This document shows, piece by piece, positions 1 to 9,871 of a stretch of DNA of 64,000 nucleotides (position 1 is its first letter; the number at the start of each line of letters is the position of its first letter). This DNA is from Candidatus Saccharimonadota bacterium. Lineage in GTDB: Bacteria; Patescibacteriota; Saccharimonadia; Saccharimonadales; JACDBH01. The stretch covers positions 66,145 to 130,144 of the forward strand of contig JACDBH010000001.1 in the NCBI GenBank assembly GCA_013694995.1, given 5' to 3'. Under the pieces are notes generated by a model. It saw only the letters and a list, made by a program, of their open reading frames with translations. It was not told the DNA's origin and ran no database searches. A program made the position numbers and the translations under genes.

Positions 1-374
1 CGGCGCATCACCTCAAGGCTAGGCGGCGGAGGCGGAATCATAACTTCCTCAATCCACGCATGGAGCGGGACGGGAACATAGGCTATTTGAGGTGTTGAAT
101 TCCGAAACGTGTATATAGTTTGGCTTTCTTCTTGCGTATGACTTTTAGCAAATTTTACCCACCAACTTTCGGTCCAGTAGACGTGATGTTTATTGCGCTC
201 GGTACTCTCAAAAGAGGGGAGCGTTTCTGGGAAAGTCCAGATTGCTAGCTCGAACATGGAGTCAATATCCGCTATACCGCGGTCATCGACAGGAGTTTCG
301 AATTTGCTCAAATTGTAATCGTAGAGGCACGCTAGGTGCTCGGGGAGGTCAGCAGAAAGCTTGGCCTCCCTCAT
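1..374 (-). CDS. Hypothetical protein, runs off the window start (MREAKLSADLPEHLACLYDY...NKHHVYW...PPPPPSLEVMR)
   Basis: Manually translated open frame from ATG at 374 to the window edge; not in the ORF track because no stop is in the window. Confidence 0.7.
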   Translation of the reverse strand, partial: MREAKLSADLPEHLACLYDYNLSKFETPVDDRGIADIDSMFELAIWTFPETLPSFESTERNKHHVYWTESWWVKFAKSHTQEESQTIYTFRNSTPQIAYVPVPLHAWIEEVMIPPPPPSLEVMR

Positions 375-466
375 ATTTAGTTCGTGAGCCCTTGAATTTT
401 CATGTTAACGCTTATTGTGAGGCAAGCAGTTAACTGAAGTCAACAACTTTAAGAATAGAGAAACTA

Positions 467-495
467 TTGATATATTTTCTAAAAAACAGTATAAT
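467..495 (+). promoter_or_regulatory. Sigma70-type promoter of rpsF operon
   Basis: TTGATA-17 bp-TATAAT. Confidence 0.7.
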
Positions 496-623
496 CAATC
501 TGTTAATAACTAACTTCTCGGTTGGGGCTCTTAGGCACTCAACCTTGATCCAAAGGAAGTTTTTATATCATCAAGTAAGGCGCGTTCTTATTTTTTGTAT
601 AAATTCGTCAAAGAAAGGAATGA

Positions 624-1013
624 ATGAACCAGTACGAAATTGTCGTATTGTTTGACCCTGGCCTAGAAATAGATCTGGATCGTGCAACGGCAAAAGTGGA
701 GAAAATCTTCACTGATAACGGTGGCAAAGTCACAAACACCGACAACTGGGGCAAGCGCAAGCTTGCGTACCAAATCAAAAAGCAGGATTTTGCAATCTAT
801 GTGTTCTATAACGTAGATGTGCCCGGAGAAGGCATCAAAAAAATCAACGATACGCTTAATATCACCGATGAAGTAGTTCGGTTCTTGATTACTCGTCCCG
901 ATCTTAAGAAGTTTGCTAAAGCAGAGGCCGCCAAGGCAGAAAAAGCTGCCAAGGCTGCCGAACGTGGTGAACGGGCAGGTGCCGAAGAAGAAAAGTCATA
1001 CGACGAAGAATAA
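624..1013 (+). CDS. rpsF: 30S ribosomal protein S6
   Basis: YEIVVLFDP, WGKRKLAYQIKK, EVVRFLI motifs; rpsF-ssb-rpsR order. Confidence 0.97.
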   Translation: MNQYEIVVLFDPGLEIDLDRATAKVEKIFTDNGGKVTNTDNWGKRKLAYQIKKQDFAIYVFYNVDVPGEGIKKINDTLNITDEVVRFLITRPDLKKFAKAEAAKAEKAAKAAERGERAGAEEEKSYDEE

Positions 1014-1091
1014 AAGCTTGACGCCACTGGGGCTTAGGCGTACTTTAATAATACAAATTAACTAGGACATAGATCCTACAAGGAGGTTTAT

Positions 1092-1565
1092 ATGGCAAGG
1101 TCATTCAACCAAGTCATCTTAATGGGAAACTTAACGCGTGATCCGGAACTCCGGACTACGCCAAACGGCCAAAGCGTCTGTAGCTTTAGTCTGGCGCTTA
1201 ACCGCAGCTATAAAGGCGCGGACGGCGAGTGGAAAGAGGCGACCGATTACATAGATATCGTAGCCTGGGGGCCATTGGGCGAAAGGGTTTCACAATATTT
1301 AAACAAGGGACGTCCTTGTTTGGTAAATGGACGTTTACAATCCCGTAGCTGGGAGCAAGAAGGTCAGAAACGCAGCAAAGTTGAAGTTGTAGCCAATGAT
1401 GTTACATTTCTCGGCGGGCGCGATGGCGGTCAATCTGCTGGTGGGGCAGGTGGTTCAGACGAAAATCAGGAGCCAGCTAAGCCAAGCAAGAAACCGGCTA
1501 AAGACGATGTTGTTATTGAGGATATTGGCGATGAGCCCATCAACCTCGACGACATCCCGTTTTAA
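1092..1565 (+). CDS. ssb: Single-stranded DNA-binding protein
   Basis: NQVILMGNLTRDPELR, C-terminal DDIPF. Confidence 0.98.
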   Translation: MARSFNQVILMGNLTRDPELRTTPNGQSVCSFSLALNRSYKGADGEWKEATDYIDIVAWGPLGERVSQYLNKGRPCLVNGRLQSRSWEQEGQKRSKVEVVANDVTFLGGRDGGQSAGGAGGSDENQEPAKPSKKPAKDDVVIEDIGDEPINLDDIPF

Positions 1566-1688
1566 GGAATTTTAGGGCGCACATCCTGGGTTGAAACCTG
1601 CGGCAAAAGTTCTCACTGTATGTTAAATACAGCTCAAACTTTGTGCTCGGTTTCAACTCCAGGCTGCACTGCCCAAAATACCTTAAAA
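1560..1688. repeat. Long imperfect palindrome (RPE-like family)
   Basis: ttttaagg...ccttaaaa ends; core tcactgtatgttaaatacagctc. Confidence 0.75.
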
Positions 1689-1735
1689 CCAACACTAAAG
1701 AGATAGTAGATTTACAATTTAATTAGTTAAGCGGT

Positions 1736-1848
1736 TATTTGGGTGAGCGCAGTTCGGGATGGAGAGGGAGGACTTCGGCGGAAGCGTACTTATTGGTACG
1801 CTGTAGCCAAGCCCGGACCTATCCGCCCGAAATGCGCCACACAAATAG
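1736..1848. repeat. Long imperfect palindrome (RPE-like family)
   Basis: tatttgggtg...cacacaaata ends; core gcgtac-ttattg-gtacgc. Confidence 0.65.
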
Positions 1849-1878
1849 GCGCGCGCATAATAAATAAGGAGAGAAAAT

Positions 1879-2082
1879 ATGGCGAAGATATTTAAACACA
1901 GGACAGATGTAGCATTTTTTGACTACAAGGACTTTAAGACCTTGCAGCGTTACGTTAACCAATTCGGTCAGATTGAAACTCGCAAGAAGACTGGCCTTAC
2001 CGAGAGCCAACAGCGGCAGCTTGCACGCTCTATTAAGCGCGCTAGGCACATTGCACTCTTGCCATTCGTAGCACACAGCTAA
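1879..2082 (+). CDS. rpsR: 30S ribosomal protein S18
   Basis: DYKD..LQRYV..GQI..R..TG...QQRQLARSIKRAR..ALLPF. Confidence 0.96.
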   Translation: MAKIFKHRTDVAFFDYKDFKTLQRYVNQFGQIETRKKTGLTESQQRQLARSIKRARHIALLPFVAHS

Positions 2083-2160
2083 TTAACATTTTTTGTGCCT
2101 TAATATACTGACAGAACCATAACAATTACCCATACTGGAAACTGTAAAGTAGGAGAGTAT

Positions 2161-2445
2161 ATGGACGAGGCAATCATGCTAACGGACAAGCTCCGTCATC
2201 GGGCAAAAGATAACTGTGATAATCCTGGAGCTGCGCAAGCAGCAGACCTAAAGGAGTTGACTGAGTTACTGTATACGGAGACGAAGCAAAATAAAGACCC
2301 AGATGCGTTGTTTGTACGCGTGAAGGAAGTAGAACAGCACGTCCAAGATTTAAGGGCTACAGAAGGGATATATAGCCTGCCAGATGTTAATGATATGTAT
2401 GACCGTTGCCAAGAACTTAAACAATTATTCAAGGAACTCGCTTAA
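2161..2445 (+). CDS. Hypothetical helical protein
   Basis: 94 aa ORF with AGGAG RBS. Confidence 0.7.
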   Translation: MDEAIMLTDKLRHRAKDNCDNPGAAQAADLKELTELLYTETKQNKDPDALFVRVKEVEQHVQDLRATEGIYSLPDVNDMYDRCQELKQLFKELA

Positions 2446-2450
2446 ATTGT

Positions 2451-2789
2451 ATGCATGATTCAGAAACGTCCTTGTCCGTACAGGTCAAGAAGCTCGAGAA
2501 GTATATTTATACTTTACCAATGGCGAAGCAGTTAAATGTGCTTAGCGGCAAGCAAAGGGAAGCTATGGTAAGACTTCGTGACAGTGTTTCGGACGCGCGA
2601 ACAAGCATTACAAAGTATGCCAGTAGTGACGATAGCGAGCAGCAAGCGCAGGCTTTGCAAGCAGGCATCGAACATATTACAGATGCAAATGATGCAATTT
2701 TGAATGCCAGCCAATATGACTTGCTCGATGCGGCTGATGTCGCGCACTTATCGGCGTTGGCTCAACATATTAAGGAGCGGTTAGAATAA
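2451..2789 (+). CDS. Hypothetical helical protein
   Basis: 112 aa ORF, tight operon spacing. Confidence 0.7.
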   Translation: MHDSETSLSVQVKKLEKYIYTLPMAKQLNVLSGKQREAMVRLRDSVSDARTSITKYASSDDSEQQAQALQAGIEHITDANDAILNASQYDLLDAADVAHLSALAQHIKERLE

Positions 2790-2794
2790 ACCTA

Positions 2795-3112
2795 ATGAAA
2801 AAACCCGATTTGCAACAACTTACTACCGAGCTATTTGAAAAGCTCAAAGGTATCCACCTGACTGGCCAAGCACTTGCTGCGTATCAAACGACAAATAACC
2901 AATCGGTCCTGATGGATTTGCAAAAAAAATCAGCTGCATTAGTTCAAGCAGTCCAGTCCAAACAACCCAAAGGTATGCTTCTAGGTGCCCACGAAGACGT
3001 CGCTGCTGCAATTGATACCGCAGGCATCTTAGGAGTTATCAGCAATGAAGAATTACCAGGCTATTATAAAAAACTTGATGATATTTGGATGGATATAGAG
3101 AAGGGGGAGTAA
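2795..3112 (+). CDS. Hypothetical protein
   Basis: 105 aa ORF abutting efp. Confidence 0.7.
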   Translation: MKKPDLQQLTTELFEKLKGIHLTGQALAAYQTTNNQSVLMDLQKKSAALVQAVQSKQPKGMLLGAHEDVAAAIDTAGILGVISNEELPGYYKKLDDIWMDIEKGE

Positions 3113-3679
3113 ATGGCATTTGGTATAACGGATTTAAAAAAAGGACAGATTTTCCAGACTGAAGGCGTACCGTACCGGGTTGTTGAATATAACCAAAAAG
3201 TTATGGGCCGCGGCGGCTCGATTGTAAACGTTAAGATCAAAAGCCTAATTGATGGAAAAGTTCTAGCCCGAACATTCAAGGGTAACGAATTGATCGAGCC
3301 GGCTGATGTCAGCAATCAGACTATCCAGTACCTTTATAACGACGGCCCAACTTACTATTTCATGAATCAAGATAGCTTCGAGCAATTCGAAGTTGCTGCC
3401 GCCATGATTGAAGACCAAGCGGGTTACATGAAGGAGGGAGACCAAGTCCAGGCCCAGTTATTTGACGGTCGTGTAATTAACATTGAACTGCCTAAAAATG
3501 TGTATTTATTAGTTACTTACACCGAATCCGTCGTCAAAGGCGATACGACCAGTTCTGTCCTAAAGGATGCAACGCTCGAAACTGGCATAACGGCCAGAGT
3601 TCCGGCTTTTATAAAACAAGGGGATACCATATCTATTGACACTACGACCGGCGCATACCGTGAACGCAAAAAAGACTAA
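3113..3679 (+). CDS. efp: Translation elongation factor P
   Basis: DLKKG, QYLYNDG..YYFMNQDSFEQ, KDATLETG...VPAFI..GD.I.IDT. Confidence 0.96.
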   Translation: MAFGITDLKKGQIFQTEGVPYRVVEYNQKVMGRGGSIVNVKIKSLIDGKVLARTFKGNELIEPADVSNQTIQYLYNDGPTYYFMNQDSFEQFEVAAAMIEDQAGYMKEGDQVQAQLFDGRVINIELPKNVYLLVTYTESVVKGDTTSSVLKDATLETGITARVPAFIKQGDTISIDTTTGAYRERKKD

Positions 3680-3696
3680 GGGAGTACAATAGTGCT

Positions 3697-4116
3697 ATGG
3701 ATGAGATGCAGGAACAATATGAAAAACCAAAGCGCAAGGCGTTGGACAGCCGGATCGTACGCTCATTTGTTGTCGGCGTAGCTTTGACGCTTCTATCTTT
3801 AGTAATGATCGGCTTTAATTTGAGTACGGCCGGAGGCATCAAGATCAATGACGATGTCAATCGTTATTTTGACACTTGTGTGGGTGAAGGCTTTGTCGAC
3901 AATACGCCACGGATCCGGACTGACGAACGTGGCTTCCCCTTAGCTTATGTCCAAACAAGTCACGTACCTGTTTGTGAAAACACGGGCGTTGAACTAAAGC
4001 GCAGTTCAACAAGATCCGTCGACCTGGGGGCTCTCGGCGCAAATGTACTTTTTTGGACTTGTTCAGCGTTTATTATTCTGCGCCGCTACGGGAAGCGAAA
4101 ACCATCTGAAGCATGA
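3697..4116 (+). CDS. Hypothetical membrane protein with two TM segments
   Basis: Two hydrophobic stretches around a loop with RGFPL motif. Confidence 0.7.
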   Translation: MDEMQEQYEKPKRKALDSRIVRSFVVGVALTLLSLVMIGFNLSTAGGIKINDDVNRYFDTCVGEGFVDNTPRIRTDERGFPLAYVQTSHVPVCENTGVELKRSSTRSVDLGALGANVLFWTCSAFIILRRYGKRKPSEA

Positions 4117-4241
4117 AACAACGTTGCCAGTATCTTCGCCGCAGAAGTTTGGACTCCTAAGATTTAGTTGTTATAGCAGCTTGACTGTTGAGAGGTACAA
4201 GAATATTATGTGCCTCTAGGCAAAAAGTTAGATTAACTAAA

Positions 4242-4928
4242 ATGAACGAAACAACTACTGCTAAAATTGATTGGGTTTCTGGCAGGTGGGAAAAGAATCG
4301 CAAAAAATACATGGCAACAGTTTTAGGGCCTGCTGTTGCTTGTGCTGAAGAATATTTAAACGAAGTTTTAGGCGTAGAGCCGACTACTACCAGGGTTATT
4401 CCTTACCTCACGATACGGTCCAATTTGGCACGTGGTGTGTCGGTATCTGCAACGGCAATGGAACTTTATTTTTCAAGGATTGAGATTGATAGGAAGAAAC
4501 TTGAGAGCAAAGAATGCGAAATCACATCTACATGCGTGCACGAAATGGCCCATGGAGTACGGGAAAAATATTTTCCAAACACTTCGGTTCTCATCGAACG
4601 CATTGCATCAGAGGGTATTGCTTATACGGCCCAAGCTTATGCTGAACAGGATATATTTGATATCCCATATGAAAAAACCGTACTTCTCGATACCCTTGAA
4701 GTTGAAGCGCTTGCGGATGAACTATACCAGGATCCTGCATGCTTTGAGGTCATACCTGAATTAACCCATGAAGAAGTTTGGGCTAATCCCTGGCTTTATG
4801 CAGCTAAAAAAGTACCTTTTGCATGGGGTCAGCGCCTTGGAATATGGTGTGTCCAATCATTAGTAAAGGATGGTTATGATTTCCCAGCTTTAATGATGAT
4901 GCCCCCTGAAGAGATAATAGCGTTATAA
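4242..4928 (+). CDS. Putative zincin metalloprotease (DUF2268-like)
   Basis: HEMAH followed by SEGIA; ATG at 4242 preferred to TTG 4188. Confidence 0.6.
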   Translation: MNETTTAKIDWVSGRWEKNRKKYMATVLGPAVACAEEYLNEVLGVEPTTTRVIPYLTIRSNLARGVSVSATAMELYFSRIEIDRKKLESKECEITSTCVHEMAHGVREKYFPNTSVLIERIASEGIAYTAQAYAEQDIFDIPYEKTVLLDTLEVEALADELYQDPACFEVIPELTHEEVWANPWLYAAKKVPFAWGQRLGIWCVQSLVKDGYDFPALMMMPPEEIIAL

Positions 4929-4937
4929 TGAGCGGAT

Positions 4938-5651
4938 ATGAAACAACGGCTTGACCAGTATCTAGCTGCTAGCGGGTTGGTATCAACACGTTCTCAGGCT
5001 GAGAGTTATATCCGTTTAGGTAAGGTTAGGGTGAATGGCAAGATAGTAATTAAAGCTGGCGAACTGGTGGCCGAAACAGCAGCAGTTGAACTTACTTCAA
5101 AGGAGCAGTATGTTTCGCGGGCAGGGCTGAAACTTGCTAGTGTGGCCGAACTATTAAAACTAGATTTTAAAAGCAAAATAGTTCTAGACGTTGGCAGCAG
5201 CACCGGTGGTTTTACGGATTACGCCTTGCAACATGGTGCCGAAAAAGTGATTGCGGTCGATGTGGGTACAAACCAGCTGCACCCCACCTTTCAAGGCCAT
5301 CCAAAGATAGAACTTCACGAACAAACTGACATCCGTGGTTTCCAACCCTCCGAAGTCTCGGATATTATCATTATAGACGTATCTTTCATATCTTTAAAAG
5401 AGATCCTACCTCATATTTCCAAAATTTCAGATGAACATACTCAAATTGTTGCTATGCTAAAACCCCAATTTGAAGCCGGGGACAGCACCAAGCATAAAGG
5501 CGTTATTAAAAATGACAAAATACGACGCCAGATCCTGCAGGACTTTGAAATGTGGAGCCGGAAGTATTTTGTCATCAAAAACAAAGCCGACAGTGAAGTT
5601 GCCGGTGCTAAAGGTAATCAAGAACGATTTTATCTCCTTAAAAAACTCTAG
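4938..5651 (+). CDS. tlyA: TlyA-family rRNA methyltransferase
   Basis: S4 domain RLDQYL, YVSRAGLKL, LDVGSSTGGFTD, DVSFIS, KPQFE. Confidence 0.95.
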   Translation: MKQRLDQYLAASGLVSTRSQAESYIRLGKVRVNGKIVIKAGELVAETAAVELTSKEQYVSRAGLKLASVAELLKLDFKSKIVLDVGSSTGGFTDYALQHGAEKVIAVDVGTNQLHPTFQGHPKIELHEQTDIRGFQPSEVSDIIIIDVSFISLKEILPHISKISDEHTQIVAMLKPQFEAGDSTKHKGVIKNDKIRRQILQDFEMWSRKYFVIKNKADSEVAGAKGNQERFYLLKKL

Positions 5652-5670
5652 AACAGAGCTGTCTTAATGT

Positions 5671-6315
5671 TTATAAAAACGAACGAAGCTTGTCTACATC
5701 CTTAAGGACGATTAGACCCTGGGTGGTTATTAGGCCTTTCTTTTCAAGGGCTGTGAGTTCGCGGCTGGTGGTTTCGCGTGAGGCATTAATAGAACTGGCG
5801 ATATCTTGCTGACGCAGCGGGACGTTGATGGTCAGGCCCATAATAGTTTCTTTGCCAAAGCGGTTGGACATAGTCAACAAGAACGATATTAGCCGCTCGC
5901 GCACACTGCGGTATTCCAGATTAATGATGCGTTCCGAATGGATGCGGTACATTTCTATTGTCATATCGAGCAAGGGAGCAAGGGTTTCTCCCTTATTTTT
6001 AAGATGAGCCAAAAATTTCTTTCTATCTATCCGCCAGACTGTCGTAGGTGTCATGGCCTCATAAATGACATGTCGTTCCTGGCCAGTTATAGCCCAAATT
6101 AGAGGGAATAATTCGTGTTCCTTACGGATAATAAGTAGGTTCTCTTCGCCGTACTTGGTTATGTCGTATGCTTTAACGTTTCCAAGCTCTATATAAAAAA
6201 TTCCCGGCGGAGTTTCGCCGGGCCGTATGATAAATTCGCCTCGCCTGTAGGCGAGCCGTGTCCCTTTATGAAACAGCTCCAGTAATGCGGTATTCTGCGC
6301 ATCTGTTGCCAACAT
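5671..6315 (-). CDS. Crp/Fnr-family transcriptional regulator
   Basis: cNMP-binding fold then HTH QQDIASSINASRETTSR. Confidence 0.92.
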   Translation of the reverse strand: MLATDAQNTALLELFHKGTRLAYRRGEFIIRPGETPPGIFYIELGNVKAYDITKYGEENLLIIRKEHELFPLIWAITGQERHVIYEAMTPTTVWRIDRKKFLAHLKNKGETLAPLLDMTIEMYRIHSERIINLEYRSVRERLISFLLTMSNRFGKETIMGLTINVPLRQQDIASSINASRETTSRELTALEKKGLITTQGLIVLKDVDKLRSFL

Positions 6316-6368
6316 ATCTTTAGTATGACAGAACTATTGCTACTTACAATCTTTTGAAGGGTTGATTT

Positions 6369-6384
6369 TATGATAAATATCACA
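6369..6384. promoter_or_regulatory. Putative Crp-type operator
   Basis: TATGA-N6-TCACA between divergent Crp/Fnr gene and PH-domain gene. Confidence 0.5.
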
Positions 6385-6461
6385 CCTGCATCGTGATATT
6401 CGGTACGGAGAAGGCATTTTAAACGGTATATGATGCGTATACATTAAGAGGGAGGTGCAGC

Positions 6462-7028
6462 ATGGTTACGTCACACGAAGTACAGCGTCAGCTTAAAACC
6501 ATCGGCGCCGAGTTCCGATTTTGGGGAAAATCCGAGTTGCGTGAATTGGAACATATCCTCATCCCCGGTGAGCACATCATGTACTGCATGAATGGCCGTT
6601 ATGAAGGCGGTTTTGCGATGCTTTGTATCACCAATCAGCGCATCGTCCTGATCGATAAGAAACCTTTTTACCTGACCCTCGAAGATATACGTTATGACAT
6701 GGTGTCTGAGGTTGATTTTAACCAGCGCTTAATCGATGCCACTATACAGATCTGCACGCTCAACAAGAAAGTTTGGTTCACAGTATTTAAAGCTAAGCTG
6801 TTACGCAAGGCAACTGCCTACATCCAGAACCGCGTAATGGAATTCCGGCAGCAGCATATGATGCAACCGCAGCAAGCAACATCCTCATTGCCATACATTC
6901 AAATCCCAACGGAGCCAGCCACCACGGCGGTCTCGAGCTTTCAGCACCGCATAACAAACCCTTACACGAAGATGCCGCTCATGATGCGCCGCCGGGTTTC
7001 GCGCTTTTACGGTGACGCCCTCAACTAA
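6462..7028 (+). CDS. Bacterial PH-domain protein
   Basis: GE.I...NG.Y, LCITNQRIVLIDKK, EDIRYD pattern. Confidence 0.75.
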   Translation: MVTSHEVQRQLKTIGAEFRFWGKSELRELEHILIPGEHIMYCMNGRYEGGFAMLCITNQRIVLIDKKPFYLTLEDIRYDMVSEVDFNQRLIDATIQICTLNKKVWFTVFKAKLLRKATAYIQNRVMEFRQQHMMQPQQATSSLPYIQIPTEPATTAVSSFQHRITNPYTKMPLMMRRRVSRFYGDALN

Positions 7029-7099
7029 GCTTTAGACCGTTATACGAAGCCCCATTATCGCGCCCTTAACTGGCATTTAAGTCAGCTCTTCCCAGGTTC

Positions 7100-8179
7100 T
7101 TAGGTATTGAATCTAAATTCTACGATGTCATTGGGCTGCATGATGTAAGTTTTGCCCTCGGTGCGGACTTTGCCAGCCTGTTTAGCGGCTTGCTCTGAAC
7201 CTGCAGAAATAAGGTCATCGTAATCAACTATTTGGGCGGCAATAAAACCGCGTTCAAAGTCACTATGGATGACACCGGCGGCTTGCGGGGCGGTTGCGCC
7301 TTTTTTAACTGTCCAGGCGCGCACTTCTTGTTCGCCGGCAGTTAAATAACTTTGCAAACCTAGCGTATCGTAGGCAGCATGAATGAGCTGGACCAGGCCA
7401 GATTCGTGCTGGCCATAACTTTCAAGTAGCTCGACGCGGTCCGCTTCGTCCAGGCCCCTAAGTTCGCTCTCGAGTTTGGCACAGATAAATACGGCTTTGT
7501 GTGGGGCAACTAGTTTTGCTAATTGCTCTTTTTTGCCACTATCCTGTAAGGTGCCTTCATCAACATTGAATACATAAATAACTGGTTTAATGGTTAACAG
7601 CTGCAAGTCTGAAAGTGCAGTACTGAGTACTTGGTACTGAGTACTGCTGAAAAGCGGCTGTCCACTGTCCAAGAGCTGTCTTGCTAGCCGCAGCGCGTCA
7701 ACTATTGTTGATAGTTTAGGGTCAGCTTTTGCCGCTTTATCAGCTTGGGGCAAGCGCTTTTCTACTGTAGATAAATCCGCAAGCACGAGCTCTGTATTGA
7801 TAACATCGATGTCCTTTTTCGGGTCATGCTGCTCGTCAACATGCAGGACATTTGGGTCTTCAAACGCCCGTACAATATGCGTGATGGCGTTACAGGAGCG
7901 GATATTAGCTAGGAACTGGTTGCCTAAGCCTTCGCCCTCGCTGGCACCGGCAACTAGGCCGGCAATGTCTACAAAAGTAACTGTTGCGGGAATCTTCTTT
8001 TTTGCATTGTATAACTTCTCCAGTTCATCCAACCGCGGGTCAGGGATGGGTACGATGCCGGTATTGGGCTCAATGGTCGCAAACGGATAATTCGCCGCCA
8101 ATATATTATTGTCGGTTAGGGCATTAAACAAGGTCGATTTACCGACATTAGGAAGTCCTACTATCCCTATGCTCAGCAT
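7100..8179 (-). CDS. ychF: Ribosome-binding ATPase YchF
   Basis: GIVGLPNVGKST, NYPFATIEPN, DIAGLV, GEGLGNQFL, AGVIHSDF; start at MLSIG. Confidence 0.97.
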   Translation of the reverse strand: MLSIGIVGLPNVGKSTLFNALTDNNILAANYPFATIEPNTGIVPIPDPRLDELEKLYNAKKKIPATVTFVDIAGLVAGASEGEGLGNQFLANIRSCNAITHIVRAFEDPNVLHVDEQHDPKKDIDVINTELVLADLSTVEKRLPQADKAAKADPKLSTIVDALRLARQLLDSGQPLFSSTQYQVLSTALSDLQLLTIKPVIYVFNVDEGTLQDSGKKEQLAKLVAPHKAVFICAKLESELRGLDEADRVELLESYGQHESGLVQLIHAAYDTLGLQSYLTAGEQEVRAWTVKKGATAPQAAGVIHSDFERGFIAAQIVDYDDLISAGSEQAAKQAGKVRTEGKTYIMQPNDIVEFRFNT

Positions 8180-8245
8180 GTAGCCCAATCTTTCATTTTC
8201 ATCTGTTAATGTTAACACATAAGAAAATGATGTTTTTAAAACCGT

Positions 8246-9655
8246 TTAATTATGAGGGACGTCAGCTTCTGATTTAACGACTTGTACTATTTCGGTTGGG
8301 GGAGCTTCGTGCCCACTAGTATCAAAACCGCAGACAAAGTCAAAATCTTTAAGGTTAACCCCAAACTGATCCCCAAAAGCTTTTTTCTGGAAGGGATCAG
8401 CAAGATTAATATAGGCTGCAAGGTTGCCGACAGAAGAGTACTTGCCGTCTTTTAGGATGTGTCCTTGAGCACCGCTAGTGCCGCCCTCACAACCAACACC
8501 TCTAGGTGAAATGTTGCCAACTACCCACAGCAATTGTAGATTCTTGCCACTTGGAATAGTAAACTGGTCGGTGCCTATAATAGTTGTGGCAAACTCTTCG
8601 CGCTGCTCAGCTTCTGTAGCGCCTGTCTTGACTGGCCAACCGGACAAGTATACGACATTGTTACTTTGGCTAGTGATAGTAGCAATCTCTGTTTCACTCA
8701 AGCTTTGTGCAAAATGCGCGGCTTCTACTTCTTCTAAGCTATGGCCAGGTAACATACCGTAGGCAATATCCTTACTATAGGCATCTTCGGGTATTACCCA
8801 CTGGTTAATCTCTCCGATAGAAACCCTACTAGCCTTGTCATTTCCTTGCATGATATTTGACTCAGGCATGACAACATAACTTTTTCCGTCAGCGTCTTGG
8901 TAGCGAGGAAGCCCCTCAAGGCAGTGATTGGCAGTTGATATAGCAATAATCTCGCCATTAGCATTTTGTATTGTGCTACCTGAACATGCGATTCCGGATA
9001 GAAACACAGTTTCTTTGCCCATGATAGCGGATGCTTCTTGACTTACTTCATAAGCTGTAGGTATCGGTAATTCAATAACAGGCGTAGTTTCCTGGGTGAC
9101 AGAGTCCCCACCAAAAAAAATGCCATCGGATATGGGTGCGATTTCCTCTGTTACAACAGGGGTAGTATCAGCAGTAGCCGTGGATGTATCTGTTACTTCT
9201 TCGGGGGGAGTAGTTTCTAACGGTGTAGCTGGCTCAATTATAGATACCTGAGTCGTTTCAGGAGTTATTTCAGCAGGGCTACTTGTGGTCGGCGGTGCCT
9301 CGACTTGTATTACCTCAGGTGCAGTAGTAGTTGTGGTTGTGCCAGTTTCAAGCGCTACTTGAGGCTTAGCATCTTGAACTACAGAATTAGTAGTAATTGA
9401 CTTAGGTATATTGACCACAACACTAGGTAGGGTATTAGTTTCAATAGCTTCTTTTACGGTAGTAGGGGTAACTGGCAGAGTATCCGGCATGTCCATAGTG
9501 TATGTATGAGCAGCTACATCAGCGGTAGTAAAAGTAGTAGGTTGTTCTGGGTTGGAGCCAGGTAGCAAAGTCACGGCGGCAATGCCAGCAAGAACACCCT
9601 TAGCTATGCGATGCTGGTCTGATATTTGGTTGGGTTCTTGTGGTGTTTCTGTCAT
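8246..9655 (-). CDS. Exported protein with Thr/Pro/Glu-rich linker and C-terminal trypsin-like serine protease domain
   Basis: STANHC, KDIA and GGTSG as putative catalytic triad. Confidence 0.6.
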   Translation of the reverse strand: MTETPQEPNQISDQHRIAKGVLAGIAAVTLLPGSNPEQPTTFTTADVAAHTYTMDMPDTLPVTPTTVKEAIETNTLPSVVVNIPKSITTNSVVQDAKPQVALETGTTTTTTAPEVIQVEAPPTTSSPAEITPETTQVSIIEPATPLETTPPEEVTDTSTATADTTPVVTEEIAPISDGIFFGGDSVTQETTPVIELPIPTAYEVSQEASAIMGKETVFLSGIACSGSTIQNANGEIIAISTANHCLEGLPRYQDADGKSYVVMPESNIMQGNDKASRVSIGEINQWVIPEDAYSKDIAYGMLPGHSLEEVEAAHFAQSLSETEIATITSQSNNVVYLSGWPVKTGATEAEQREEFATTIIGTDQFTIPSGKNLQLLWVVGNISPRGVGCEGGTSGAQGHILKDGKYSSVGNLAAYINLADPFQKKAFGDQFGVNLKDFDFVCGFDTSGHEAPPTEIVQVVKSEADVPHN

Positions 9656-9765
9656 GATTTTTGTTTTATTTGAACGTTACTATCATATTAGCATAAAATA
9701 GTAAAAATGTAAATAGGATTGTATTATCTGTATTCACTTAACAGGTTAGGGATAAGCATAAGCTA

Positions 9766-9794
9766 TTGACAAAACAGACATAATTTGCTATAAT
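9766..9794 (+). promoter_or_regulatory. Consensus sigma70 promoter with extended -10
   Basis: TTGACA-17 bp-TATAAT, preceded by TGn. Confidence 0.85.
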
Positions 9795-9871
9795 ACACAG
9801 GTTTAACATTTAGGAGTAACAGAGGTAGAGCTTTTTTAGCTCCTTTTGTCCTAAGAAGTTAACGCAATTTT

